From positions 1-64,000 of the forward strand of contig JAHEAD010000003.1 of NCBI GenBank assembly GCA_019721075.1: DNA of 64,000 nucleotides, given 5' to 3'. The DNA comes from Candidatus Sysuiplasma jiujiangense (GTDB taxonomy: Archaea > Thermoplasmatota > Thermoplasmata > Sysuiplasmatales > Sysuiplasmataceae). Position 1 is the stretch's first letter. Every line of letters begins with the position of its first letter. The notes under the pieces were generated by a model, which made no database searches, was not told the DNA's origin, and saw only the letters and a program-made list of their open reading frames with translations. Below are positions 30,651-41,135 of this stretch, piece after piece. The position numbers and the translations under genes are program-made.

Positions 30651-31499
30651 ATGAGCTATCCGGTATTCGACAATCACGTACATCTGCGCAGGGAAGGACG
30701 TTTCATAGCCGCTGCAGATGAATTCAGGCGCAGGGGCGGTACGGGAATGATGCTTGTAAATCTGCCCCCTGCGGTCCCGGTTACTGAGAGTTCATATTTC
30801 GAGATAATGTATAGCGCTGCTGAGAAACTCAGAGATGAAGTGAAGAGCACGCTGGGGCTGACGGTTCTCCTTGCAGTGGGGCCATATCCCGTCACTCTGC
30901 TGGAGATGGCGGAAAAACTGGGCATTGAGGAAGCGGAGGGAAGGATGACTTCGGCTGCAGTGCTTGCCGCACGCCATGTGGTGGAAGGCAGGGCGGATGC
31001 GATCGGTGAGGTGGGCAGGCCGCATTTCCCCGTTCCGGAGGAAATCATGGAGGCAAGCAACCGCATACTCCGGGCATGCATGGAAGAGGCAAAAGGGGCC
31101 GGATGTGCGGTGATAATTCATGCTGAAGATCCGAGTCCGGAAAGCATGTCGGATCTCGCGCGCAGGGCTGACAGGGCGGGACTGGACAGGGGAAGAGTTG
31201 TCAGGCACCACTGCACTGATCTCATACTGCCAGGGGAAAATCATGGCCTCTTTCCCTCCATAACCGCAAAGAGGGATACTGTGGCGCAGGCTGCGAAAAA
31301 GGGAAGCAGATTCATGCTGGAGACAGATTATATCGATGACCCGCGCAATCCGGGTGCGTTCCTGGGCATCGGAACGGTGCCGAAAAGGGTGAGGGAACTG
31401 GTCGACGCGAGCGGTTCGGACGATAAAATTGCCTGGAAAGTCGGATTTGAGAATCCGTCCGCGGTTTACGGCAGCGACAGGTTTCCGTCCGGCAGATAG
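30651..31499 (+). CDS. TatD-family metal-dependent hydrolase
   Basis: DNHVH, IGEVGRPH and LETDYIDD. Confidence 0.88.
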   Translation: MSYPVFDNHVHLRREGRFIAAADEFRRRGGTGMMLVNLPPAVPVTESSYFEIMYSAAEKLRDEVKSTLGLTVLLAVGPYPVTLLEMAEKLGIEEAEGRMTSAAVLAARHVVEGRADAIGEVGRPHFPVPEEIMEASNRILRACMEEAKGAGCAVIIHAEDPSPESMSDLARRADRAGLDRGRVVRHHCTDLILPGENHGLFPSITAKRDTVAQAAKKGSRFMLETDYIDDPRNPGAFLGIGTVPKRVRELVDASGSDDKIAWKVGFENPSAVYGSDRFPSGR

Positions 31500-31503
31500 C
31501 TCC

Positions 31504-31791
31504 CTATCTTATTGTGAAGCACTCCGGCGAATCTGTGCACGCGATCTCATTGGCATCGATGCGTGTTATCCGCGCGTACGGATTTCCCTTCCTGCACAGT
31601 TCGAGGACAGCGTACACCGCGTCCCTTCTTCCCTGAAAGACAGCCTCGACACTGCCGTCGCTCAAGTTCCTGATCCATCCCTTCACGCCGCCGCCGTCGG
31701 CGAATCTCTTTGCATATGCACGGAATGAAACACCCTGAACGGTTCCATAAAAAACGGCATGCAGGCATATATCCGCTTCTTCCACGTGCAT
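31504..31791 (-). CDS. acyP: Acylphosphatase
   Basis: GTVQGVSFR and GWIRNLSDGSVE. Confidence 0.92.
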   Translation of the reverse strand: MHVEEADICLHAVFYGTVQGVSFRAYAKRFADGGGVKGWIRNLSDGSVEAVFQGRRDAVYAVLELCRKGNPYARITRIDANEIACTDSPECFTIR

Positions 31792-31839
31792 GTCTTTGAC
31801 AGGGCAGTAGTTAATTATTTCTCCGCTGCGCATTAGCCC

Positions 31840-32640
31840 ATGTCGTGTCCAATGACGAGAATCGCGCTGAAATTCGGCTATGACGGCAGCTGCTTCAGCG
31901 GTTACCAGAGACAGCCGGCGAAGAGGACGGTAGAAGGGGACATAATACTGGCTCTGCAGCAACTCGGAGCAATAAAGGATGTGGAAAGCTCCGGATTCCA
32001 GAGCGCAAGCAGGACGGACACTGGCGTTCATGCCGTAGCGAATGCAATGGCATTCACAACCGAATTTGATCCGCTCGAGCTGATCAGCGCACTTAACGCA
32101 AAGTGTGAGGACATATACTTCCATTCATACATTGAGGTTCCGGCCACATTCAATCCGAGGAGGGCGCGGATGCGCCATTACCGCTACCTCCTTCCGGAAC
32201 ATCTGGACGAAACGAAGCTACAGCAGACCTTTGATTTGTTTGTGGGAGCGAACGATTTCAGGAATTTTGCCAAGAGCGACGCTTCCGGCCGATACAGAAA
32301 AATTGATGTCATAACGGTGGCCAAAAGGAACGGATGGACAGTGGTTGACTTCATGGGAAAAAGCTTTCTTCACAACATGATCAGGAGAATAACCGGAGCG
32401 GCGCTCGGCGTAATGGACGGAAAGACAACACCTGATGAAATCAGGGAGGCGCTGAAGGGGGAGAAGGTTGAGAGCTTCGGCCTGGCGAGGCCTGAGTTCC
32501 TGATACTGATGGACGTGGATTACGGAATGATGTTCCACCCCGCTGCCACATCGGCGAAAACAAAAAAGCAATGGATTCAGAGGCTCTACAGGCTCAGGGC
32601 ACTGGAATATCTTTATAGGGAGTTCAAACTGGAAGTGTAA
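31840..32640 (+). CDS. truA: tRNA pseudouridine(38-40) synthase
   Basis: YDGSCFSGYQRQ, SRTDTGVHA and FLHNMIR. Confidence 0.95.
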   Translation: MSCPMTRIALKFGYDGSCFSGYQRQPAKRTVEGDIILALQQLGAIKDVESSGFQSASRTDTGVHAVANAMAFTTEFDPLELISALNAKCEDIYFHSYIEVPATFNPRRARMRHYRYLLPEHLDETKLQQTFDLFVGANDFRNFAKSDASGRYRKIDVITVAKRNGWTVVDFMGKSFLHNMIRRITGAALGVMDGKTTPDEIREALKGEKVESFGLARPEFLILMDVDYGMMFHPAATSAKTKKQWIQRLYRLRALEYLYREFKLEV

Positions 32641-32644
32641 TGCG

Positions 32645-33184
32645 ATGATGCGTGTTGTTGCACTTACCGGAACGCCTGGGACCGGCAAAACAACCGTGGC
32701 CGGAAAGCTCTCCGGCATGGGTTATTCGGTTGTGCAAGTCGATGAACTCATACGTTCACTTAATGTCCGCACGACCGCAGAGAGGGGGAAGTCCTGCATC
32801 GCAGTTGATGTCACGGATCTGAAAAGAAAGGCGACCTCGCACTGGAATGCTGTCCGGGAAAAGCAGGTTATAGTGGCAGGACACCTTTCGCATTACGCAG
32901 GTGCCGAAGGGGCGGTGGTGCTGAGGTGCGCTCCTTCAGTTCTGGAAAAGCGGCTCGAGGCCAGGAGATGGAGCAGAGAGAAGATAATGGAAAACGTTCA
33001 GGCGGAAGTCCTGGACGTCATACTCGTCGAAGCTGCCGAAAGCCTGGGCTGGGTACGCGAAATAGACACAACACGATCCACGCCCGCGGAAACCGCCGCC
33101 GCAGTAAGGGAAACGCTTGAGGGGAAAATGAATAATCATCCTGTTGCGTCACGTTGGTCCGGTGAGATTGAAAAATGGTTTTAG
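32645..33184 (+). CDS. Adenylate kinase family protein (AK6/Fap7-like)
   Basis: TGTPGTGKTT and GHLSH. Confidence 0.9.
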   Translation: MMRVVALTGTPGTGKTTVAGKLSGMGYSVVQVDELIRSLNVRTTAERGKSCIAVDVTDLKRKATSHWNAVREKQVIVAGHLSHYAGAEGAVVLRCAPSVLEKRLEARRWSREKIMENVQAEVLDVILVEAAESLGWVREIDTTRSTPAETAAAVRETLEGKMNNHPVASRWSGEIEKWF

Positions 33185-33807
33185 ACAGGGCAAGGGAAGC
33201 TTCCGAAAGACTGCTCTCCCCTGTTGCAGTGCGCATGAGCAAGTGGAATCCAAACAGGATCAGCTGGTTCTCTTTCCTGCTTGCTCTGTTCGCCTCTCTT
33301 TCGATAGTGGGATCGTCCGCACATACCGCGTATCTTCTTCTCGGAGGCATTATTTTTCTGGCGGCAAGCGGCATACTGGATGCCCTCGACGGGCTGGTTG
33401 CAAGGCTTTCAGACAGAAGCGGCCCGAAGGGAGACTTCCTCGATCACATACTGGACAGGTATTCGGACATTGCTCTCATTCTGGGTTTCACATTCAGTTT
33501 CTATTCCGGCAGCGTTGCGCTGGGCATCTTTGCACTGACGGGCATATTCATGACGAGCTACCTTGGAACACAGGCACAGGCTGCGGGGCTGAAGCGAAAT
33601 TACGGCGGAATCCTCGGGAGAGCTGACAGAATCGTTTACATGCTGGTTGTCCTGCTGCTCGAATACATTTACGGCGGTACACACTATGGAGCACATGGAG
33701 CGACATTCCTGTTTCTTACTCCCTTTGACTGGCTGCTGCTGTTCTTCGGGGTGGCGGGAAACATCACTGCTGTCTGGAGGGCCCTTTCTTCGTGGCGACA
33801 GCTTTGA
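33175..33807 (+). CDS. CDP-alcohol phosphatidyltransferase
   Basis: DALDGLVAR...GDFLDHILDRYSD. Confidence 0.92.
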   Translation: MVLDRAREASERLLSPVAVRMSKWNPNRISWFSFLLALFASLSIVGSSAHTAYLLLGGIIFLAASGILDALDGLVARLSDRSGPKGDFLDHILDRYSDIALILGFTFSFYSGSVALGIFALTGIFMTSYLGTQAQAAGLKRNYGGILGRADRIVYMLVVLLLEYIYGGTHYGAHGATFLFLTPFDWLLLFFGVAGNITAVWRALSSWRQL

Positions 33808-34846
33808 ATTCCCTGCCTTTGGTTATATAATATGTCATAGGGTGCTTCATCCATTCTTTGGCACAGAGAGAATCCGGATTGAAACAGATGCCGTACGACT
33901 TCATCGTGCTGCATTCAGGCACAGAATATTCTGTGGAGGAGATGCGGCCCGTTATGTGCTCTATCTGGTATCTTGTTACATCGGCCCTGAAGTCAGGCAC
34001 TGAGCTGAAAAGATCGAATATCTGCTCGGCTGTCATGCCTATCGCATGCAGAAATGTCACGATGGCGAATCTTCCCATCTGCGGCACGTTCTGTGATGTC
34101 CGGATCTGGTTCAGTATGGCCTTCATGCAGGGGGGGTAGCGTCTTTCGTCGATTTCGCCAAGATTATTTTTCTGGAATTCCTCCTTCATCTGATTCAAGG
34201 CGATGACAACCTCCCTGATTTCTGCATCCAGTGCGCTTCTGATCTCGTCCGTGTATGCCGGAAGCCTTTCGGAGAGGCGATCCGTTACGGCCTGCTCGAT
34301 AAGCCTGACAAGACGCTGCCTGTCTACGGCAACATAACCCCTGTGCAGTTTCTGATAAAGCAGTTTCCATTCAGGCGATCTCATTTTGGAGGATAATTTC
34401 AGGAATGATGTGAAGTGTATGGTGTACACGCCATCATCCCGGGTCTCGCCGACAACGATGCCGAACTCCTTTGCAAGCCTGAAGAGCACGGAATTGTTCC
34501 GTCCGATCAGCTCACCCGCCCTCTTTCCTTCCGTAACCGCTACACGGTTTACAAGGAATCTGTCGCCTATAACAGAGCAGATCATTCTGGAAACTGCAAA
34601 TGAAAGTATTTCCTGGTTGCACTGCTCCTCGCTGGACAGGAGTGCCTCGGGAATTTTCATCTCACGCAATGAAGAGAGGACTCGTTCCTTCCCCCTGACT
34701 CTTACCATTTCATAAACAGGGCTCCTGAGTATTTTCGGGAGATCGAACTGTTCCTGTCTCTTTGAAATATAATCCCTTACATCGCTGATATAAGGAAAAA
34801 GAGCCATTGTCCTCAGATCTACCATTCCGGCCAGCATTTCAGCCAC
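33764..34846 (-). CDS. priL: DNA primase large subunit
   Basis: YPPCM, TRYQIEHI and C-terminal Fe-S cysteines. Confidence 0.92.
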   Translation of the reverse strand: MAEMLAGMVDLRTMALFPYISDVRDYISKRQEQFDLPKILRSPVYEMVRVRGKERVLSSLREMKIPEALLSSEEQCNQEILSFAVSRMICSVIGDRFLVNRVAVTEGKRAGELIGRNNSVLFRLAKEFGIVVGETRDDGVYTIHFTSFLKLSSKMRSPEWKLLYQKLHRGYVAVDRQRLVRLIEQAVTDRLSERLPAYTDEIRSALDAEIREVVIALNQMKEEFQKNNLGEIDERRYPPCMKAILNQIRTSQNVPQMGRFAIVTFLHAIGMTAEQIFDLFSSVPDFRADVTRYQIEHITGRISSTEYSVPECSTMKSYGICFNPDSLCAKEWMKHPMTYYITKGREFKAVATKKGPSRQQ

Positions 34847-34911
34847 GGAAGAGAGTCCCGGCGTTATAAATAGTGCAGCCCGGATGACCGCAAGCCGGTC
34901 CGCAACCGAGT

Positions 34912-35178
34912 TCAGAGAAGAGTAATTTCCACAGATTCAACGCTCTGTATCCCGCCGATTGAAGCCAGTGCCCTTTCCACCTCATCGGTAGTGCCTTCCC
35001 TGTCTTCCGCCACAATCATTATTTCGTAAGAACTGAGACCGAACGCTATCGGCACCACCCTGCTGTCGCGGAGTTCGGCTCCGTTCGGCAGTCTCCTCGC
35101 TATTTTCTCATCAATGCCTTCAAAATTAAATTTCTCAGAGTCTGGCATGAGCCTGTAAGTCATTACAACCTTTCCCAT
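34912..35178 (-). CDS. ef1b: Elongation factor 1-beta
   Basis: VPIAFGL; 88 aa. Confidence 0.92.
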   Translation of the reverse strand: MGKVVMTYRLMPDSEKFNFEGIDEKIARRLPNGAELRDSRVVPIAFGLSSYEIMIVAEDREGTTDEVERALASIGGIQSVESVEITLL

Positions 35179-35187
35179 CAGAACACC

Positions 35188-35358
35188 TCAGGGTCCCGAA
35201 AATCCGCAGGAGACGCAGGTATACCTGACGCCCTGATCACGGCACTGGGCACAGCGCCCTATCCTGGTCTGTCCGCAGCTTGGGCAGAGAAAAGTGACCG
35301 TGCCTGTGCCAACGAGTCTTATACCGCACGAACTGCAATTTGCATCCTCGTCTGTCAT
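35188..35358 (-). CDS. Small zinc-finger protein (DUF1610 / HVO_2753-like)
   Basis: Not in the ORF track. [11 protein letters not shown]...FLCPSCG...RCAQCR...[11 protein letters not shown], in its usual position upstream of EF-1beta. Confidence 0.9.
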   Translation of the reverse strand: MTDEDANCSSCGIRLVGTGTVTFLCPSCGQTRIGRCAQCRDQGVRYTCVSCGFSGP

Positions 35359-35638
35359 AAACGGAATTCTGAAAGTTTACACATATTTAAGCACATGGAG
35401 AAGCGGGGGCTGCCCGATGGGAAACGGCTGAACTGAAAAATCAGGCATATTTTTGCCATCGCATCATGCGCCGGATTATCCCGGACGGATTATCGGCGCA
35501 CAGTGGCTTTGTGCAAAAAAGTCCGTAACCTGTGAAAAAACCTCCGACCTGTGAAAGAAGTGATTGAAAACAGATGTTCTTTCACAAGGCTGCGCACAGG
35601 CTAATCATTTAATAATGACTGGTCATTGGCGATGTCAA

Positions 35639-35746
35639 GGGGCCGTAGCTCAGCTAGGTAGGGACAGTATCCCCTGGAAAGAGCAACTGGCTTTTAACCA
35701 GAAGGTCCGGGGTCCGAAAGCTATGCCGGAAATCCCCGCGGCCCCG
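35639..35746 (+). tRNA. tRNA-Lys(UUU) with introns at 20/21 (35660-35679) and 59/60 (35719-35732)
   Basis: Acceptor GGGGCCG/CGGCCCC, anticodon loop CTTTTAA; both insertions fold into BHB motifs. Confidence 0.85.
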
Positions 35747-35985
35747 AATATATCCGCGGATGCATAAACGGTGGAAGATGATCGCTGAAAAAGAATGAAA
35801 GCGGGGCTGCCAGTCTTTATCATCCCAACATGAAAACTGCTTTCACGGCGCTTCTGAGCAGCGTAAAAATGATTCGATTGATCATCTGACCGCAACACGG
35901 CAGGCGATTACGGCAAAGCGGAAGAGGAAATTGCCGGATAGCATTAAATCACAACAGTTCATCCCAAAGGCAGAGAGATGATAAC

Positions 35986-36909
35986 TTGGCGGACAGCAAG
36001 GGAGTTATACTCCATAACGGCAAATATGTTGAGTGGAAGGACGCCAGAGTCCATGTGTCAACCCATGGGCTGCTTTACGGGAGCGGTGTTTTCGAGGGCA
36101 TCAGGGGCTATGCCGGAAACGACAGTGCCCAGGTCAATGTATTCAGGCTCAGGGAGCATGTTGAAAGACTTTACAGAAATGCTTCGATCCTAAGACTGAA
36201 ACCGCCTGTTGACAGTGAGAGTTTTGCCAGGCAGGTGGTCGAACTTCTCAGGAGGAACGAATTCCATGCTGACGTTTATATCAGGCCCATGATCTACTTC
36301 GGCGAAGGAGGAATAGGCATAAAACCGACAAATCACTCAACCGATTATTTCGTATTCGCCACCAAGTTCGGAAATTATTTCGGCGAACCGAAGGCACTCA
36401 ATGTGGCAGTCAGTTCCTGGGTCCGTTCGAGCAACAGCGCATCCCCTCCCAGCGCGAAGATAAGCGGCGCCTACGTCAACAGCATGCTCGCTTCGGTTGA
36501 CGCAAAGGAGTCGGGTTTTGACGAGGCCATAATGCTGACCCAGAACGGTTATGTATCGGAGGGATCGGGAGAAAACATATTCATTGTGAAGAAAGGGCAG
36601 CTTGTCACACCCCCTGTCTCTGCCGACATACTTGAGGGCATTACCAGGGAATCTGTAATGGCACTGGCATCGGATGCAGGCATACCGGTAATTGAAAGGG
36701 ACATAACCAGGACCGAACTCTATACATGCGAGGAGATGTTCCTGTGCGGAACCGCTGCCCAGATAACCCCCGTGGGAAGTGTCGACAGACGGACCATATC
36801 CGGCGGCGTCATAGGGAGGATAACCTCAGGACTCATGAAGTCCTTCGAAAATGCGGTGAGGGGAAGAGACAGAAAGCACATGGACTGGCTGACACCCGTT
36901 TATGAGTGA
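35986..36909 (+). CDS. ilvE: Branched-chain amino acid aminotransferase
   Basis: YGSGVFEGIR, EGSGENIF and LEGITR. Confidence 0.95.
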   Translation: MADSKGVILHNGKYVEWKDARVHVSTHGLLYGSGVFEGIRGYAGNDSAQVNVFRLREHVERLYRNASILRLKPPVDSESFARQVVELLRRNEFHADVYIRPMIYFGEGGIGIKPTNHSTDYFVFATKFGNYFGEPKALNVAVSSWVRSSNSASPPSAKISGAYVNSMLASVDAKESGFDEAIMLTQNGYVSEGSGENIFIVKKGQLVTPPVSADILEGITRESVMALASDAGIPVIERDITRTELYTCEEMFLCGTAAQITPVGSVDRRTISGGVIGRITSGLMKSFENAVRGRDRKHMDWLTPVYE

Positions 36910-37094
36910 CTCTGCCCGGCTTGCATGAATGTACTGTCGGACGTTCGGCAGCCATGGACGGACTTTCCCGAACATGGTACAGGGATATGCGTATGTGAAA
37001 ACGGGCTTCCCGTGCATAATGATAAATAGCACTCAGGCGATAATACTGTCAGCCGATACAAGGGCGTTCGTCAGACAGAGAACAACGAACGGAG

Positions 37095-37418
37095 GTGTTT
37101 GAGACGGTTGAGTCCGAAAGGGTTACGATCAGGCTTGATAATGAAAGTCTAAATGCGCTTGAAACGCTGGTTTCCAGCGGGAAATATTCCAATATTTCCG
37201 AGGTGATGAGAGCAGCCATTGATCAGTTCATAGATAGAAATTTTTCGCCAAGGCACATTGAGAAGATAACAGTGGAACTGCCCAAGGGAAATGCAGTGGA
37301 GCTGCAGCGTCTCGTAAGAAAGGGCGATTCCGTATCCGTAGACGATGCGATAAGAAATGCCGTGCGCGAGTATCTCAGACGGAGACTGTCTCCTAAAGTT
37401 CTGGAGAAGAAAAGATAG
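37095..37418 (+). CDS. Double ribbon-helix-helix regulator upstream of ftsZ (CdrS-like position)
   Basis: RVTIRL...YSNISEVMRAAI and KITVEL...SVDDAIRNAVREY. Confidence 0.8.
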   Translation: MFETVESERVTIRLDNESLNALETLVSSGKYSNISEVMRAAIDQFIDRNFSPRHIEKITVELPKGNAVELQRLVRKGDSVSVDDAIRNAVREYLRRRLSPKVLEKKR

Positions 37419-37431
37419 CCAGCCGGATGAA

Positions 37432-38394
37432 ATGAAGAATCCATTTTGGGAAGATGCCGGGTATCCGGCAAAAGACGGGCTCAGCATAATGGCCGTCGGT
37501 TGCGGCGGAGCCGGAAACAACACGATAGACAGCCTCTCGAGGGGAGGGGGTGTCATTGCAAGGACCCTGGCTATCAACACCGATGCGGCCCACCTTCTCA
37601 GAATTTCAGCAAACAGGAAACTCCTGATAGGGAGGGAGGCGACAAAGGGCAGGGGAACCGGGGGAGACGTGGAGCTAGGCAGGCGCCTGTCGGAGCAGGC
37701 GAGAGAGAGCATAGCCGCTGAACTCAGAGGGTCGGACGTGGTGTTCATTATTGCAGGCATGGGAGGCGGCACAGGCACGGGATGTTCGTCGGTGGTTGCA
37801 TCTGCCGCAAGAGACATGGGAGCTCTTCCAATTTCAATTGTCTCCATGCCGTTCAGTTTTGAAAGGGCGAGGCTTGCACGCGCGAAGGACTATGTCCGGG
37901 AGCTCATATACAGCTCGGAAAGCACCGTCCTGCTGGAAAACGACAGAATTGCCTCGGTCTTCCCTGAGCAGAACATATACAATGCATTTGCCGTGATGGA
38001 TACGCTTGTCTCGGGCCTGATTGACAATATCACCGGCACACTCCTCAGGCCATCGGTGATGAATATCAATTATTCCGATCTCCGTTCTGTCATGCGTTGC
38101 GGAAAGACGGCAACGATGATTTTCGGGGAAAACAGCGACGCATCGTCACTCGTCAGTGATTCGTTAAGGAGACCGCTGTTCCAGAATTCAATAAGCGATG
38201 CCAGGGGTGCCCTGATCCATCTTTCGGGCGGGAGGCGTATGACGCTGGAGAAAGTTCACAAAGTGCTGGAACAGGCACATAACGCATTCTCCGGATGCCG
38301 CAACATAATTCTTGGCGCAAGAGAGGACGGAAGGGATGATGACGTAATGAGCCTGACAGCAATCATCACGGGCATAACAGCGGACGGTTTTTAG
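37432..38394 (+). CDS. ftsZ: Divergent FtsZ (FtsZ2-like)
   Basis: GCGGAGNN, INTD and GMGGGTGTG; T7 loop reads NINYSD. Confidence 0.85.
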   Translation: MKNPFWEDAGYPAKDGLSIMAVGCGGAGNNTIDSLSRGGGVIARTLAINTDAAHLLRISANRKLLIGREATKGRGTGGDVELGRRLSEQARESIAAELRGSDVVFIIAGMGGGTGTGCSSVVASAARDMGALPISIVSMPFSFERARLARAKDYVRELIYSSESTVLLENDRIASVFPEQNIYNAFAVMDTLVSGLIDNITGTLLRPSVMNINYSDLRSVMRCGKTATMIFGENSDASSLVSDSLRRPLFQNSISDARGALIHLSGGRRMTLEKVHKVLEQAHNAFSGCRNIILGAREDGRDDDVMSLTAIITGITADGF

Positions 38395-38397
38395 CCT

Positions 38398-39099
38398 TCA
38401 TTTTTCGCTCAGCGCCCGCAGTGTCTTGGAAAGGACGCCCATCATTATGAAGAATTCCCACTTGGACATGTTTGCCCGCCCGATCAGCCTTCTGAACATC
38501 AGCCTTGCCTTTTCCCTCTTATGGGGAGGGTAGTCAACAGCATCCAGCAGAAGGGCGAAATACTCATTGACCTTCTTCCTGTCCAGCTCGACCGATCTCT
38601 TTATTGCATACGGCTCATATCCGCTCAAAAAAAGCTCATACAGTATAACGGAAACTGCATGGGAAAGGTTCATTACAGGATATTTTTCGGAAGTCGGTAT
38701 GCTTATGAGCATATCACATGAACCGAGTTCAGGGTTTGAGAGACCAAGCCCTTCCGGACCGAAAAGTATTGCAAAAGTCCTGCGTTTGTTCGCAGCATAT
38801 TGCGCAAACCCGTGCGGCGTCTCGAAATTTCGAAGAAAACGTCTCTCCCCCGTATTTCTGATGCCGGTGGTCCCCACTACTGTGTCACAGCCCTTCAGGG
38901 CGTCATCGAGCTGCGTGACGATGACAGCGCTGTCGAGGATGAAATTGCCATGCTTTGCCCTTTTCCTTCCCTCGTCCCCGATTTTCACGGGGGAAACGAG
39001 GTAGAGTTCGGACATGTCGAAATTCGCCATCGCGCGTGCGACTGCACCGATGTTACCCTCATTTTCGGGCCTTACCAGAACGATCCTGAATCTGGGCAT
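38398..39099 (-). CDS. trmJ: SPOUT tRNA methyltransferase TrmJ
   Basis: NIGAVARAMANF, FGPEGLGL and MNLSHAV. Confidence 0.9.
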   Translation of the reverse strand: MPRFRIVLVRPENEGNIGAVARAMANFDMSELYLVSPVKIGDEGRKRAKHGNFILDSAVIVTQLDDALKGCDTVVGTTGIRNTGERRFLRNFETPHGFAQYAANKRRTFAILFGPEGLGLSNPELGSCDMLISIPTSEKYPVMNLSHAVSVILYELFLSGYEPYAIKRSVELDRKKVNEYFALLLDAVDYPPHKREKARLMFRRLIGRANMSKWEFFIMMGVLSKTLRALSEK

Positions 39100-39315
39100 T
39101 GCAGGGGGATTGCTGACCCATATGTTAAAACGTATTGCGGGGAACGGACACATCCAGTGTTTCTGAAAGATTCCGAGCGGCAGCACGCGGATGGCAACAG
39201 GAAAGGCGGTCCGGTGAGTAGAGCATGCCGATAGAAACATTAAAATGAGGAAATTCATTAAGGTGTAACAGCACTGATTCGCTCGGTGCGACTGATGGGA
39301 TGCGAGGTTGAACTT

Positions 39316-40425
39316 ATGAAATCTTTAGTGAATGATGCCATATCGAGAGTTCCTGCGGATGAAATGGAGTCAGTGCAGTCTTACACTGAGGAAAGCTACA
39401 GTGCTGAAGATGACGAATTAATCAAAATACTGTCTGGTCTCAGGACAAACATCAAGATCATAGGCTGCGGCGGTGGCGGCACAAACACCATCGACAGGCT
39501 TGTCGAAACTGGAATTACGGGTGCGGAAATGTATGCTGCAAACACCGACGCCCAGCACCTCCTTATCATCAGATCGCCTCATAAGATACTTCTGGGAAGA
39601 AGGAGCACGAGAGGGCTAGGTGCCGGAGCTCTCCCGCAGGTGGGAGAGGAGGCCGCACGGGAAGCCGAAGACGACATAAGAAAGTCGATTCAGGGCGCGG
39701 ATATTGTTTTTATAACTGCAGGACTCGGCGGGGGGACCGGAACAGGGGCCGCTCCTTTCATAGCACAGCTGGCGAAGGAAATGGGCGCGCTGACGATAGC
39801 CATATGCACCTCCCCGTTCAAGGCCGAGGGTGCCATAAGGGCTGAAAATGCCGAGTGGGGACTTGAAAGGCTCAGGAACGTCGCGGATACCGTAATTGTC
39901 ATTCCGAACGACAAGCTGCTTGAACTCGTACCCAGGCTCTCGCTTAATGCAGCTTTCAAGGTTGCCGATGAGGTACTGGTGAGAAGCATAAAGGGCATCA
40001 CGGAGGTTATCACAAAACCCGGCCTGGTCAATCTGGATTTCAATGATCTAAAGACAATCATGAAGGGCGGCGGCGTCGCGATGATTGGACTTGGAGAGGG
40101 AGAAGGCGAAGAAAGGGCAAATGATGCGGTAAACGAGGCCATCAATTCACCCCTGATAGACGTGGATATATCTGGTGCGAACGGTGCACTTGTCAACGTC
40201 GTCGGCGGAAACGACATGACAGTGAGCGAGGCTGAAAAGGTTGCTGAGATGATACAGACAAAGATCAGTCCTTCCGCGAGGATAATCTGGGGAGCGGCAA
40301 TTGACCCTACACTTGAAAAGAAGATGAGAGTCATGGTAGTCCTGACGGGTGTCAAGTCGAAGCACATTCTGGGACCTGCCGACAGTGTCCAGACCAAGAG
40401 CATCGACATGGACTTCATAAAATGA
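39316..40425 (+). CDS. ftsZ: Cell division protein FtsZ (FtsZ1)
   Basis: GLGGGTGTG and NLDFNDL. Confidence 0.97.
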   Translation: MKSLVNDAISRVPADEMESVQSYTEESYSAEDDELIKILSGLRTNIKIIGCGGGGTNTIDRLVETGITGAEMYAANTDAQHLLIIRSPHKILLGRRSTRGLGAGALPQVGEEAAREAEDDIRKSIQGADIVFITAGLGGGTGTGAAPFIAQLAKEMGALTIAICTSPFKAEGAIRAENAEWGLERLRNVADTVIVIPNDKLLELVPRLSLNAAFKVADEVLVRSIKGITEVITKPGLVNLDFNDLKTIMKGGGVAMIGLGEGEGEERANDAVNEAINSPLIDVDISGANGALVNVVGGNDMTVSEAEKVAEMIQTKISPSARIIWGAAIDPTLEKKMRVMVVLTGVKSKHILGPADSVQTKSIDMDFIK

Positions 40426-40499
40426 GCTGAAAGAGGCACAACAGCCGGAAGCAGAATCAAAACAAAAATCAGATATAGTCTCCGGATGTAAACGCCGGC

Positions 40500-41036
40500 A
40501 TGACAACCGACAGAAAATTCTGTGCCTTTGCAAGAGATTCCAGAGGAGGGCTCGGTCTGAGCGCCGTACCGGAGAGCGGATTCTGCATTTCAGCCTTCCT
40601 GATAATACGTCCGAATGCCGGCGGGCACGGCGTCCTTATGGGCCACATCAATCCGGAAGGGCCGTGGGATCATATCGGTGCTCTGGATCCTGACAGGATC
40701 GAGGCGCACAGACACGGCTGGATGCTTCCATCGAGCCATCTCATTTACGGCGAATCGCCTGACGAATGCGCCAGGAGAATTGCGCGGGAACAGCTCGCCA
40801 TGGATGACATGAGATTCGAGGGACCCGCCATATACTCCGAGGTTTATGAGCCGCGGAGACATCCCGGCAGGAAGAACCACTGGGATCTTGAGTTCATGTA
40901 CACCGGACAGACAGATCGGGAAAGACTCCATCCTCCGCGCGGCATATGGGCTGACCTGAAATTTGTTGATCCTTCGGCCGTTCAGACCGGCGATATTGCA
41001 CGCTCACATGAGGATATACTCGCACGTTTAAAGTGA
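40500..41036 (+). CDS. NUDIX-domain protein
   Basis: GESPDECARRIAREQL. Confidence 0.75.
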   Translation: MTTDRKFCAFARDSRGGLGLSAVPESGFCISAFLIIRPNAGGHGVLMGHINPEGPWDHIGALDPDRIEAHRHGWMLPSSHLIYGESPDECARRIAREQLAMDDMRFEGPAIYSEVYEPRRHPGRKNHWDLEFMYTGQTDRERLHPPRGIWADLKFVDPSAVQTGDIARSHEDILARLK

Positions 41037-41135
41037 TGAAGAGCCTGCTGTGATGTCTGGTTCGTGGCCTGTGGTAGAAGCCGGGAACGGAACGGCATCT
41101 GCCCTGAGCCCTTAACCCGGCAAAGATTAAGTTGG

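Noticed and set aside
39690..40460. Long antisense ORFs (here and at 12537-13403, 13670-14368, 37149-37847)
   Set aside because: Shadows of well-supported genes on the opposite strand
41033..41107. Possible C/D-box sRNA (GTGATGA...CTGA)
   Set aside because: No convincing internal D'/C' boxes, and the C box overlaps the NUDIX stop codon
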